Of a DNA stretch of 64,000 nucleotides, positions 10,319 through 22,339 are shown piece after piece. The stretch lies in assembly GCA_964019335.1 (NCBI GenBank), contig OZ025679.1, positions 547,608 through 611,607 of the forward strand. The letters run 5' to 3'. Origin of the DNA: Diplonema japonicum. Its lineage: Eukaryota > Protista > Euglenozoa: Diplonemea. Position numbers and translations under genes: made by a program. Position 1 is the stretch's first letter. The number at the start of each line of letters is the position of its first letter. The notes under the pieces were generated by a model, which saw only the letters and a list, made by a program, of their open reading frames with translations, was not told where the DNA came from and did no database searches.

Positions 10319-13300
10319 ATGCTGCTATTTTCTCTGGGCAGTTCTGCGTGTGCCCTTGTCTTAATATGCGGTCTGATTTCCGTTCTGTTCAAAAGGAGGA
10401 CAGTAGCATGGAGGGGGTACCGCAGTAATGCGGACATGCTGCTTAGGATGACTGCCTCTTGCAGCTGGAAGGAGGGCGACAATGTGTTCGTGCAGCGTAC
10501 AGGTGAGCACGGTGTAGTGGCTGACGTTGCAGGTGGCGACATTACGATCACCAAGGAGCCAAAAGGGCGGCGCAAGGTGTCCATTGATGACGTGCAGCAT
10601 GACGCTATGGCCTCTAAAGCGGATCTGCTAGTGAGCAAACGGCAGTCAAATTTGTTTAGTTTCTTGGTTCTTGCAACAAAGTCTCTGCATCCCTACATAG
10701 CTGCTGCTTTCTACAACATACAGGGCATGCCGTGCTACTTAAATGCCTCCTTTTTATCAGCCATGCTTCTCGTCCCGCTGTGTTCCCTTACAGGCCTTAT
10801 GTGCCTTTTCGGCCGTGAAAAGATTGCTGATAGTAGCTGGGTGCTGCTTGCATGTGCTTTGAGCATGGCCTCCACGTACATGATCGCGAGGTTTATTATG
10901 TTCCCCTTCATCGAGGCAGCGCAGCGCCTCCCGTCGGTGTACGCGAACACCCGTGTCGTCTCAAAGCCGCAGCACCTGCCAATAGACGTTGCGGTGGTGC
11001 TCAACACCGCACCAGACAACGCCCCAATTCAAGAGGCCCTTGTACATAACAAATCGATTGGCAGGGTGGCAGCGCATCAGCCCGATGGCTCTGTGGCTGT
11101 ACGTTTCGCTGCCCACATAGTAACTTCTGAACCAGGCTGCTTCACGATGGTATCTACGGTGTACAAGGGGTGTATTTCTAGTACAGTCGATTTTGTACCT
11201 GAGGCTCCACCACGTCAATCAAGGCGGTCCACCGTCACGTACAAAAGAAAGGGTTCTGTCTTTGGAGGTGGGCGGTGGCAGCGAAACAAGTCAGTGGACG
11301 ACATTAAGAACGATAATAATGTCGCGGAATGCAGCCCATGGGAACCCGAGGTAACAGTGGACGATAACGTGCTCATTCTGCCGACACAATTCGTTGCACA
11401 ATGTGCGAAGGACGAGCTGGCGCTGTCACGGCCTGTGCTAGCCATTTCGATGTCAGCTACGCATGATCTGGCTGAGAAAGGTATCCTAGAGGACCAGGCT
11501 TCTAGAGAAGTTCTTGACCCACTACATAGTAAGTACGGCTTCAGCCTTCCTTTGAAGACAGTTGTGGATGCCGTTGCAGAACGGGAGCATCGCCGGCCAT
11601 TGTGGCGCCTCGCTACTGAGGCAGTGGCCATGCACGAGATGCATCTCGCCTCGACTCTATTTGTGCTGGACCTTTGTTCCTCGAACCCAGATGCGTACAC
11701 CCTGCTAATCCGCAAGAAAGCACCCAGCGATCTCTTAGCAGGGATTGGAACACTGACGGCATCAAGGCACATCGGGTACGAGTGGGCATTGTTCTATGCG
11801 TCACGTATCAGTGGGATGGCTACTGCCAGTGAGTTCATGGAGGCGGTCGGCAGGACGCAGTGCTCACCATCTGACATAAAGGTCATCCTGTTGTCTCCTG
11901 TACCAGGAACACGAACGCAGCAAAGACGGAAGTATGATTTTTCTCTGCGGAACACAAGAGACTCGCGCATGCGAGCCGCGACCATGCTCGCCAACAGCGA
12001 CAGGCTGGGCAGGAAGAACATGAGCGACAACGGTGTGAACTGGGACGATGCTGTCGAGGCTGTGCGGTGTGGGGAGTATGTCAGGGCAAGCTATCTGTTC
12101 GCTGCTGCCGACCATCCAGCACTCAAAGAACTTCCTGCGTCGGGACAGTTTGATATTTTCTCCAGCATCGAGTACGGGCGGATGGTGACCAGACAGTATT
12201 GCTTGCACGTAGGGCACGGCAATGGCTTCGCAGCGGCTTACTTGGCACAAAAAGAAACACCATGCGACGTGCCTTACATGTTTTATTCCATGGAAAGGCT
12301 ACAGGCGCACCCTGAGGAGGGCTTGACACTTGCGAACACAAAGCTATCACAATATAATCGCATGCTGTATGGCCCAAGCTGCATGGTGCATGTACGATCT
12401 CCTGTTGACGAAATACCACTAGATTTCCCGTCGTTCCTATGCAGACAGCCTGGGAGCTTGAAATACGGCTTGGGGTCGGCACTGTGTCCCTGTGTGGGGA
12501 CACGAGCTGCGACGAAGATCATCAGGGAGGGCGAGATGCTGGTAATGTGGGGGGGCACATACCCAGAGTGTGATTTCAGGGGGTTGCGTGCCACACGAAA
12601 CACACCATTGTTCGTGGTACCGAGGGGGTATATGGAAGGGCTGCGGAGCCTGGCTGCTAACAAGGTTATCAATGACGTGCTGAGGGGTGATGGGGACGTG
12701 TGGTCGCCAGAGGTCATGCGACACACTGCGGAACATTTGCAAGCACCCCTGCCATGGCACAACATAGATGAGTTCAAAAAGCAGCTTGAGGAGTTCATAA
12801 AGGACAATGAAATAAACGCCCCACCAGAAGAGGGCATGGCGCCCCCGCAGTGTGTCTACGACCATGTGGTGTTCGGTGGTGATGAGATGCCTGCAAAGAA
12901 CGACTTGATACACATTGTGAGGTGCAGTAACGCGAGGTTCCTTGGGCTGGTGTGCGACCATTCGCTGGACGGGGTGGGCATGCAGCTGTGTAAAGGTAGC
13001 AGTGTGATGGACTGCATCTTCATGCGCATAGCCGACAAGCCCATCGACAGACTCACAGGCTGCAAACAGGACACTTCCTACTCGCACAACCTTGTGCTGA
13101 GCATCGACGAGCCCGTTGGTGGCATGCATAAGGCGTGCTTAGCATGTGCACCCTTCATTCTCACAGCACCTCTTGTGCTGCTACCCTTGTCGGTAGATGA
13201 CCAAGGCTTCATCGCTTACACATGGCTTTCCGGTCTTTGTGTTGATGTTGTGTTTCAGCTATTCCTTTGCATCTTCAAGGGTCTTACGATCTTTTTCGCC

Positions 13301-13563
13301 GAGAGCTTTTCAGCCCTCGTTGATCCTCTGGTATGCCGTAGGCATCACACACCTCAACAGGAGAGCGAGAAGCTTGTTGAAGATCGCGTCGCAGTACTAC
13401 AAATGGCATCCGACGGCAGACATCTTACACAGGTAGAGCAGTGGGAGCTGTTGTGTCCCAGTGTTGCGAAGAGTATCGAGAGAGAGTATGCTTCTTGTCA
13501 CCGCCAACACACCGCAGCCCCCATACCCACGAGGTTTTCAGTAATTTGTACTATGACATGTGA
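10319..13563 (+). CDS. Large multi-pass membrane protein of unknown function; 2 introns
   Basis: Second part of the 1320-aa ORF. Hydrophobic N-terminus MLLFSLGSSACALVLICGLISVLF and further TM segments. Introns 13331-13360 and 13486-13517 give ...EVFSNLYYDM*. Confidence 0.6.
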
Positions 13564-13617
13564 GTTTAGTTTAAGCTTAGTTTAGGCCTCGCATGTTTCT
13601 CAATCACAACAGGAAAG

Positions 13618-16600
13618 ATGCAAGGTGCCGATGGCAACGAGGGAAGTGGGATGAAGGTGAAGGTTGCCGTCAGGGTGCGGCCGCAGCTTGAGAGGGAGGA
13701 TATGGAACAGGCGAGAATGTGCACGAAGATAATTGACACTAGGCAGATCCTGCTCGGAAAAGACAGGGCTTTCACGTTTGACTGTTTGTATGGACCGGAC
13801 TCCGAGCAGAAAGAAGTCTTCGATACCAGTGTGGCACCGCTTATGGATCAGTTCTTGAAGGGGTACAACTGCACCATATTAGCGTACGGCCAAACAGGTG
13901 CGGGAAAGACACACACAATGGGAACAGGTGACCTCACGAATATCCTTCCCGAAGACCAAGGGATTGTGCCAAGGGTAGTGCAAGTCCTGTTTGCACACTT
14001 AGATAGATGGAAGGCGGCGATTGAGGCAACAGGAAAGAAAGGCACGTACTGCTGCAAGGTGTCGTACATGGAGATATATAATGAGACGTTGAAAGATCTG
14101 CTCAAGCCTGCAACAAGCTCGAGGAACATACAGATTAGGGAAGACACCAACGGCGGGATCCTCGTGACAGGCGTACATGAAGAGCAGGTTGAAAATGTAG
14201 AGGATCTCTTGACACAGCTGGACAACGGCACTGTCGCCAGAACGACAGGTGCCACCCTCATGAACGAGGTGTCAAGCAGGTCGCACTCTATCCTTACCAT
14301 AATTGTAGAGCAGCGCGCCCGGGACCCTGGTGCCCCCAGTGACGATGTGACAGTTGCAAAGCTCCACTTGGTGGATCTTGCAGGTTCAGAGAGGAACAAA
14401 AAGACACAGGCTGTTGGGCAGCGGTTCAAGGAGTCCATCAGTATCAACGCAGGCCTTCTAGCCTTGGGAAATGTGATTAGTATTCTAGGTGAACAGGCAA
14501 AGACCGGAGATAAGAAGACACACGTTCCTTACAGAGACTCAAAGCTCACGAGGCTGCTGCAGGACACGCTGGGCGGCAATGCCTCCACGCTTATGATTGC
14601 ATGTATCTCCCCCGCTGACACTAGCATCGAAGAGTCGCTCAACACTCTGAAATACGCAAATCGGGCGAAGAATATTAGAAACAAGCCCATCATCAACAAG
14701 GACCCACACACGATGCTCATTCAACAGCTGAAAGCAGAGCTGGGGAACTGCAAGAGGCTGTTGTCTGCGAACAGCATCCCGATTGACTTTGACGAGTTAC
14801 CGGTGGTTGCAGAGCCCGTGGTAGTGTCCCCTGGCAACGTGATGGCACATGAGTTGTACAGGCAACTACTACAGGAAAAGTGCGCCATCGACGAAGAGCT
14901 CCAGAAGGTTAAAACACAACAAAAGAATCACAGTTGCTGGGACATCCTTAACGAAGAGGGCGAGGACCTCTTCCAAGAGCTGGCTGAGGTGATAGGTGAG
15001 GTTACTGACGAGTCGAAGAGGGGCCAGTTGTCGGCGCTGTTCACAGGGCTGGAGAAGAGGTACGAGAGGAAGAAGGCAGGAATCAACCACACAACGCCAC
15101 CCACCACACCCTCGATGGGGAAGAAGAAGCCCCTTGCAAAGCAGCAACCCAACACCCCTATCATCAGACGCAAGGTGCCGCAGAGAACTGATACATCTCC
15201 TAAAAAAGTGAGCACCGAGGAGCTTAGGGAGATGGTACCCTCTTCGATGCTTCTAGCGGGCCAGATCCCCGCTGCCGTGACGGAGCAGCCCATCGACCTC
15301 AACGCACCCCCGCACGTTGTTTCTGCCTGCGTCGACCAGGTAATCAACGAGAATCAGAAGCTCCTCAGGAACCTCAAGCAGCTTGAGGATGACCTCTTCA
15401 AAAGCGAGTGCAACGCAGTCCAAGAAACGGAAGAGAGGAACAAGCTTCAGTCGGCGTTTGCCACCGCTCGCGAAGAGAACCTGCAGCTCAAACACCAGAA
15501 TGAGCTTCTCACCAAAAAGCTGCAGGAGGTGCCCAAGGCTACCAAGACTGTTGACAAACTGAAGGAAGAGATCGACAGGATGAACGCAGAGAAGGGATCC
15601 TTGTATGACGCAAAGCGCAGAACGGAGGGGGAGAAGAAACGGCTTGAAGAGAATGCCAAGATTATTCACCAGCAATTTCAAAAGGAGCACCAGACCATGA
15701 ACCATCAGCTGAAGCTGCTGTCTGTCGAGATCGATCACAAGACGCTGATGGTAGATGAGCTTGTTGAGCGCGAGAAGAGGATGGCGAGAATCAAACAGCA
15801 AAACGAGCGAACCATGCAGCTCATGGAAACAGAGAAGGTGAGGCTGAGATCCGAGTTGGATAAAGCACTCAAAAAGCTTGATGCTTCCGACCATGCTGGT
15901 GAGAAGCTTGGGAAGATGCAAGATGCTTTGCGTCGCCAGTATGAACATAGGCTCAAGGAGCAGGACGAGAGCCTTCAGGTATGCACAACGTACATCACAT
16001 GTTGAACAGGGCTTGAGACGTAAACAGCGAGACACGCAAGCACTGCTTAGGCAGCAAGGAAATGACAGCCAAAAGATTGCAAAACTTCTAAGTGAGGTTT
16101 CGACGCTCAAGACACAGCAGTCGGAGTTGAAAAACAACATTAAACAGAAGAGCGACAAACGCGAAGCAGAGAGAGACACGCGCGACAAGCAACTCAATCA
16201 GTTACAGCGGCAGATGCGGCAGCTAGAGTCCCAGAACGTGAAGTACTCGAACTCGCTGAAGACTAAGGAAGATGCCTTGCACAAGCTGCAGCAACAACTC
16301 AATTTAGAAAAGACCAAGACCAAACAGCTAGCTGAGAAGCATGTTGAAATTCGCAAGGAGGTGGAGAAGAAGCAATGCTGGCTGGACAAAGAAATTGAGA
16401 TCCAAAAGAAGCAAAGAGACGCACAGGAACGGCTGCAGAGAGAGTTGAAAAGGAGAGAGAGGATTCTCAAGGAGCGCGAGGAGAACTTGTACGCCAGGGC
16501 TGACATGAAGAAGGCGAAAGAGCAGCAGCAGCATGACCATAAGAGGCTTGAGAGGGGGCTGCAGGGCTGGGAGAGCCAGATCAATGCCATTCAAACGAAG

Positions 16601-17308
16601 CTGAAGCATGTGAATTGTTTGATCGACAAAATCCCTACAAGCGGCAGGACACAGGAGAATCCTGCGTACGTGGAGGCCTCCAACAACCTCGAAAGGCTCA
16701 AAGTGCAGCAAAAGACTGCAAAAGAGAAGTACGACGAGATCTTCCTGGCTCAGAACGAAGCGTCGGAACTGGACAACCAGCTTCGGCAGATCGACGACAG
16801 AATCGACGTGCTGCAGGCTGCGCTGGAGTATGGCGAGGACATCATCGTGCAGACGGAGAAAGAGATCGAAGAGCTTGCACAAGCAGGCAGTGAGGCAAAA
16901 GATGAAGAGCGAAATGAAGGAGAGCAGGAACAAGAAGCAGAGCAGGTGCCGGTTGAGAGTCAGGTGCCTGAGAGCAAGCACGAAGCAGCTGTTGATAAGA
17001 GCGACGTCAAGCAGCCCACAACAGAAGAGTTCCAGCAGACTCTGCAACAGTACGCAAGGCAGGTCATGATTCTCAGCAGGTCGGAACAAGACAAAGACAA
17101 GGAGATCCAAGACATGCACCTGCTCCACGAAGACCAAGGTCAAACTATAGAGAAGCTGCGAAATGCACTGAAGCTTGCAGACATGGGCTTCAACAGAAGA
17201 CTGCTGAAGGTATGGCACCCCTGCACATGCCACACACCAACACAGGTGCAGCAGGAACACAAGAAGATTTTAAATAGGCTAATTGTAAACTCCGGTGACT
17301 CGTCCTAG
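13618..17308 (+). CDS. Kinesin motor protein (kinesin-4 / KIF21-KIF27-like) with a long coiled-coil tail; 2 introns
   Basis: Motifs VKVAVRVRP, AYGQTGAGKTHTMG, SSRSH, LVDLAGSER, HVPYRDSKLTRLLQDTLGGN and TLKYANRAKNI. Introns 15979-16009 and 17210-17245. Confidence 0.92.
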
Positions 17309-17337
17309 TAGCCAAGGGCGGTTAGATATTTGACGCA

Positions 17338-17430
17338 ATGAGCGCGTCCCATTTAGAAACGGCTTAGATCTGGAGTCATTTCCAGCCCCGCAAGGATGCT
17401 ATAGATGCAGCCCACGTCAGGGAGCTCATA
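17338..17430. mobile_element. Possible ~90-bp MITE-like relative of the TA-flanked element at 27886-30175
   Basis: Left end ATGAGCGCGTCC matches that element's TIR ATGAGCTCGTCC at 11/12 positions. Right end GAGCTCATATAA is identical to 30170-30181. Confidence 0.35.
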
Positions 17431-17600
17431 TAATAAATAGAACTTAAGAATGCCGTTTGTGGACGTTTTTGCCCTTTGCTCGTTACTAAAGTTTAATTTC
17501 CCCCCTTTTGCTATTTCCCCCACTTCCTTTTATCCTCTTAGAAAGATATTGTCATTGATGCATCACATATAATGTATTATTTTCTTAGTCACCACAGGAC

Positions 17601-17801
17601 ATGCCCGCACAGCCAGTGTGCCCGAGGGCCTACCAGTCCGGTTATGAGGCAGGATTAGCGGCAGGTGCTAAGACTAAACCGCCTCTCCTTGTACACAGTA
17701 CAGATAGGAGTCTCAGTGACGAGCCTGCAGAGGTGCACGCCTTTGTAGCTGCACCAAACAGCAGTGCAGGGTACGGGACATCGCAGCCTTGGATCTTCTA
17801 G
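17601..17801 (+). CDS. Small hypothetical protein (66 aa)
   Basis: Start context cacag-GAC-ATG like neighbouring genes; coding-like composition between AT-rich spacers. Confidence 0.45.
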   Translation: MPAQPVCPRAYQSGYEAGLAAGAKTKPPLLVHSTDRSLSDEPAEVHAFVAAPNSSAGYGTSQPWIF

Positions 17802-18017
17802 CCACAGGGGAGGGGGGGATTTTTATTAAAGGGTTTGTAAAGAACAAGCCTTCGACTTGTCTAAACGAAAACAAAAAGGAACAATAATAGCAACGTGGGT
17901 CCTTGCAAGTTGCAGCCGATGCACAAGACGATTAGTTCCTCTTTAGAAAACCGTGATTTACACTTGTTACATTGTTACCCTTCCTACTGCCACTGCACTT
18001 CAGGTTATATGCAGAAA

Positions 18018-19193
18018 ATGAAATTCTCCGTTTTACTATTGTTCTCGGCGTTCGCATGCAGCAGTGCAGCAGAGTGGAAGTGCCTCTTCGGTGTGCGGTA
18101 CTCGTCGCCTGTGATAGGGAGCAGTTCTAGTGTGAAGAATTATAGGAAATGCCAGAGCGAGTGCATGGAGCTGGAGGGATGCTCGGCCATAACGTTCACG
18201 AAGAAGTTCGGCTGCACGTTCCATGCGGGACACTCGTCCACAAGTCGAGGGCACGGCAGCAACGTGTGCTACAACAAAGGTAGGGAGAGTGAGATTCTCG
18301 AAGCAGCGCCGGTGGACGAGGTAGCCCCCGAGGCACCCACCAGCGCCAGCCAGCTCATCGACAACGCCATTGCCAAGGTAACCGCAAACCCGGATTTCCC
18401 CTCTGAGGCAAGGAAGCACTTAGAGAGTGTAAACCCCAGCAGCACACTTGATGAAAAGGTAGCTGCTTTAGAAAATGCATTGCGGTTTAGCAGCAAGATG
18501 GAAGCTGAGGACGCGCTTGAGCTCACCACAGCACTGCTCGCAGCTAAGAACGAGCAGGCGGGCAACAAGAGCGACGATGACGGGGTGCCTTGGTGGGCGG
18601 TGCTGCTCCCATGTCTGGTCATCGCCGTCCTGGTCGTTGCTGCTGCGGCCTTCGTGATGAAAGACAGGAACAAGCGAGAGACCTTCCACAGCGGGACCGC
18701 TTTGGACCAAGGCGACCTCACGCCCTTTGGGCACGATGACGTGAGTAACCCTCTTGAGATCTCGGACGGTGCTGCTGCAGTAGTTATTCCGCCTTCCGCA
18801 CCTGTGGCACCTGTGGCTAAGGCTCTGCCTGCGGAGCCTTATAGGATGCCTCCTGTGTTCTACCCTTCGAGCCCCACGCCCGCTGCTAGCAGAGGCCTCT
18901 CATCGCCCTCCTACAGCAGAGGTGCCTCGTCGCCATCTCGCTTGTCCTCGTCGCCCCCTGGGCTGCCCATCAAGGACAGCATCATGGGTCGCGCGTCCGG
19001 CCTCCCTGACAATGGCAACGGTGCACCGAGCAGGATGAGGCCTCTTCCCTCTGATACCCACACTCCGCCACGGAGAATGGGACCCAAAAGGTTCATGCCA
19101 CCTGTTTCACCGTACCAAGGGTATGCACACACAGACTATGAAGCACCACGCAGGTCACCGAAGCCCAATAGCTTGTCACATATTGAAATCTAA
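18018..19193 (+). CDS. Type I membrane protein: signal peptide, PAN/Apple domain, TM helix, Pro/Ser-rich tail
   Basis: Start gcag-AAA-ATG, signal MKFSVLLLFSAFACSSA. PAN pattern CQSECMELEGCSAITF...GC. TM WWAVLLPCLVIAVLVVAAAAFV. Likely in-frame intron 19121-19153. Confidence 0.75.
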   Translation: MKFSVLLLFSAFACSSAAEWKCLFGVRYSSPVIGSSSSVKNYRKCQSECMELEGCSAITFTKKFGCTFHAGHSSTSRGHGSNVCYNKGRESEILEAAPVDEVAPEAPTSASQLIDNAIAKVTANPDFPSEARKHLESVNPSSTLDEKVAALENALRFSSKMEAEDALELTTALLAAKNEQAGNKSDDDGVPWWAVLLPCLVIAVLVVAAAAFVMKDRNKRETFHSGTALDQGDLTPFGHDDVSNPLEISDGAAAVVIPPSAPVAPVAKALPAEPYRMPPVFYPSSPTPAASRGLSSPSYSRGASSPSRLSSSPPGLPIKDSIMGRASGLPDNGNGAPSRMRPLPSDTHTPPRRMGPKRFMPPVSPYQGYAHTDYEAPRRSPKPNSLSHIEI

Positions 19194-22100
19194 TACCAAT
19201 ACCAGCCGCCAGCACACAAGAGATGCGTGCTGTCTGCTTCCTTTTTGAACGAATATCTGTTCTGACTGTCCTCAGGAAGAACCGAATGATGAACAGTGTC
19301 CCCCTCCCCTCCCTCCCCTCCCCGTATCTGTTGCAGCTTCGAAAAGGGTGCAGTGGCTACTATCACTTTGTTTCAATTAGATATGTTAAGATCCCCTCCC
19401 CCTCCCCCCCATTCCCCTCCCACTTCCCCCTCTCTGTTTTTTTCGTTTCAATAGTCGTAATTTGAAGCCCTTGACCTTATTCTAGTTTTTTTTTGTTTTT
19501 GTTTTTTGTAGCGTTTTCCATGTTGCAGCTGCTCTTCGAGCTGCTTTGATGGCTGGTGTCAAGTTTATTCCTTTCTAGTGTTCCCCCTTTTCCTGTGTTT
19601 TTTTTCGAAGTATTTTTTTTTTCACGCCTGTCCTCGTGCTGGAAGTCACGTTGTAAGAAGAATGAGAAAAGAAGAGGAAAAAAAAAAGAAGAAGAAGAAG
19701 AAAAAAAGGTATCCCCCCCCCCCCTATTCCCCTGTTTCCCTATTCCCCTATGCTTACATTTTCCAAAGAAAAGAACCATTTTAAAAACACGACTGACTGG
19801 CATGCTGCAAAAAAGCCAGTTTGTATCGCACACGGCTACCACAGGGCCCACTTACCTCCCGAACTAACAATAGCACTGGGTCTCTTCCCTGTGCGCTGAT
19901 GGGAACGGGAGGGAAAAGGTTCGATGAAAAAAAAGTGTGTTTCTTTCCTTTTTTTTTTTTTTTTTTTTTTTTTTCCCCCGTTCACCCATTCTCTTCCCTT
20001 TTTCTTTTTGCGGGAACGAGTCTTTGACTTGTCTAAACAAAAGGGGAACGTTGGCAACGTGTTTCGGGTTGATACCAACTCCAAGTTTTACCCGGCACGT
20101 ACAAACAACGGCCAGTTCCTCTTTTCCACCTTTCGATCTTGTGTAGGCGTTAGCAGAGGACGGGAGTGGATCTGTTTTTTTCTTTTCTAAAGCCAGCAGG
20201 GCCTAGTGGACCGAAGCGTTGGAAAAGAAAAAAGAAAAAAAAAGAAAAAAAAGGGGGGTGCAAAAAAACCCACTCTTAACATATTGCCCTTTCACAGACA
20301 GTCACACCTAGCAATGAAAAAAAAAAAAAAATAGAGAAGTAAAAAAAATAAGAAAAAAGAAATTGGGAACACAAGCGCGAATCACGTTGCAAGAGAGAAA
20401 ACTAGGAGAAAAGAAAAAAAAAAAACCGAGTCTTTTGGCTTGTAAACAAAGCAGGGAGCATTGAATGTGTTATTGGGTTATTTATCCTACAGGTTTCTAA
20501 CTAGTACATTGCAGCGGAGTTCCTCTTTTTGCTGAAATCACCGTGAAGATTGTGCACACACACACACACACCAGCGAAGTGATGGGGAAAATAAATGAAT
20601 TTATTGCTCTCTCCCTTTATTTCTCCTTTTCTCTCCGCGATTTAAAGAAAATGTTTTAATCATCGGGCACCAAAAGAAAAGGGGGAAGAAGAATTTTAAA
20701 AAAAAAGGAAATATAAACCTGACACGGACGTCAGTCAGATTTTTTTTCCCTTCTTTTTTCTTCTTCTCTTTTCCCCCCCCTCAAAAACTGGTCCCGCAAA
20801 GTGATTTTTTTTTTTTTTTACCCACGAAAAAAAGTAGCAAAAAAGCAAAAAATAGAAAAATAGAAATAAAAATGAAAAGAATGCAAAAAATAACTCTCCC
20901 CACTTCCCCTGACTGACTCAACACAGACAACATTAGTAATATCATTATAAGGCCAAAATAAAGGTCTTTCTTTCTTCTCCTTCTTCCTGCTCCTCTACGA
21001 CTATGAGGTGAAATTCTGTGGTTGGAAAAGAAGAAATACCGGTTTTTCTTCTCCCTGCTCAGTATCTCTTTTTTTTTTTTGAATAACGTTAAAAGGCCAC
21101 TGAAGAATTAAAAGTGGGGGGAAGAAATATGCGCCTATTCTCTCCGTTCTTTCTGACCCGAAAAAGGGGGAAGAAAAGAAAGATAACCTTGCAAATTATT
21201 ACCTCTTTTTTTCACCTTTGCCCCCCCCCCCCCCCCCCTGTCCTTGAATAAGCTCTCAAAAAAAGTAAAGTAAAGCTTTAAGAAAAAAAAAAAAGAAAAA
21301 TCCAATCTTTAGCAGCGCCGGTTCCTTGCAGCACCGCACTGCCCCCGTCCGCGTAGCCAGGCCGTGGCAGTCCTGTTGCAAGGCTGGTCTTGGCCTCTTG
21401 AGAGCAAATTGTTTGTCTTGCCTCCATGGACATATGGTGACAAAGAGGCATCCCCCTCCCTCCCTCCCCCCTCCCCCGCATTTCTATGTTTTTTTGACCT
21501 TGTCTTGCTAGACAAATAAAAGGAAAAGAGGAAAGGAGACTTTCCGATCGCATGGTTTCCATATAATACTATGGGTGACCTTTTTTTTTTAACAGTTTCT
21601 TTTTTTTTTTAATTCTTCCTCTTTAACAACAGTGTATATCGTTGAAAGTCATGTCTTTGAGGTGTTAGCGGGGCTTAGCCCAATAATGGAGCTCTGGGGA
21701 TGGGAGGAGATACTTCAATTTAAATAAATCTGCATCGCATGAGGCAGAGCTGAGCCAACGCAATTCAATGAGATATGAAGCATCGACTACTATTTTGTTT
21801 TTCTTTTCTCTTTTTTTTTCTTCTGGTGGTTTTTTTGCTAACATCTTAACCGACCAAAGTGATTTTCTTTTTCTTCCTTTACCAACATCCTCATGCTTTC
21901 TCCCTTCAAGGACAACAGAGTTCGATAGGCGGCATGCAGCAGACATGGTTCACTGTCCTTGTCCAGTTGCTGTCGCTTCCTCTCCTTCGAAGAGCCTATC
22001 CATTACCACTGCAAGCCTTTACCTTTTCCCCCTTCTTTCTCCTAATATCTTCCCCCCCCTAGTTGTACCAACAGCAGTGCAGTGTACATTCGGTTTTCTA

Positions 22101-22339
22101 CCTCTTCTTTCTTTTTGTATTGTTTTCCCTCTTAACTTCCCCTCCCCTTGACTTGACCAGTTCCCTCAATATTTCGATTTTGCACTTGTTAGGCGGGTGC
22201 AGGTGCGGCCAGCGTCATGTCCCACTCCTCTGCCATCTATGGAGCACAGGCACGATTACAGGTGATGAAACGGTAGATATCCTCCCCCTCCCCTTGTCAT
22301 ATTCTTTGCCTCTTGAATGGTTTTACTTCATGCAGGAAG

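Noticed and set aside
19850-19880. U1 snRNA (ACTTACCT ... ATAGCAC)
   Set aside because: No U1-70K loop or Sm site, and ACUUAC would pair poorly with the dominant GUAUG donors.
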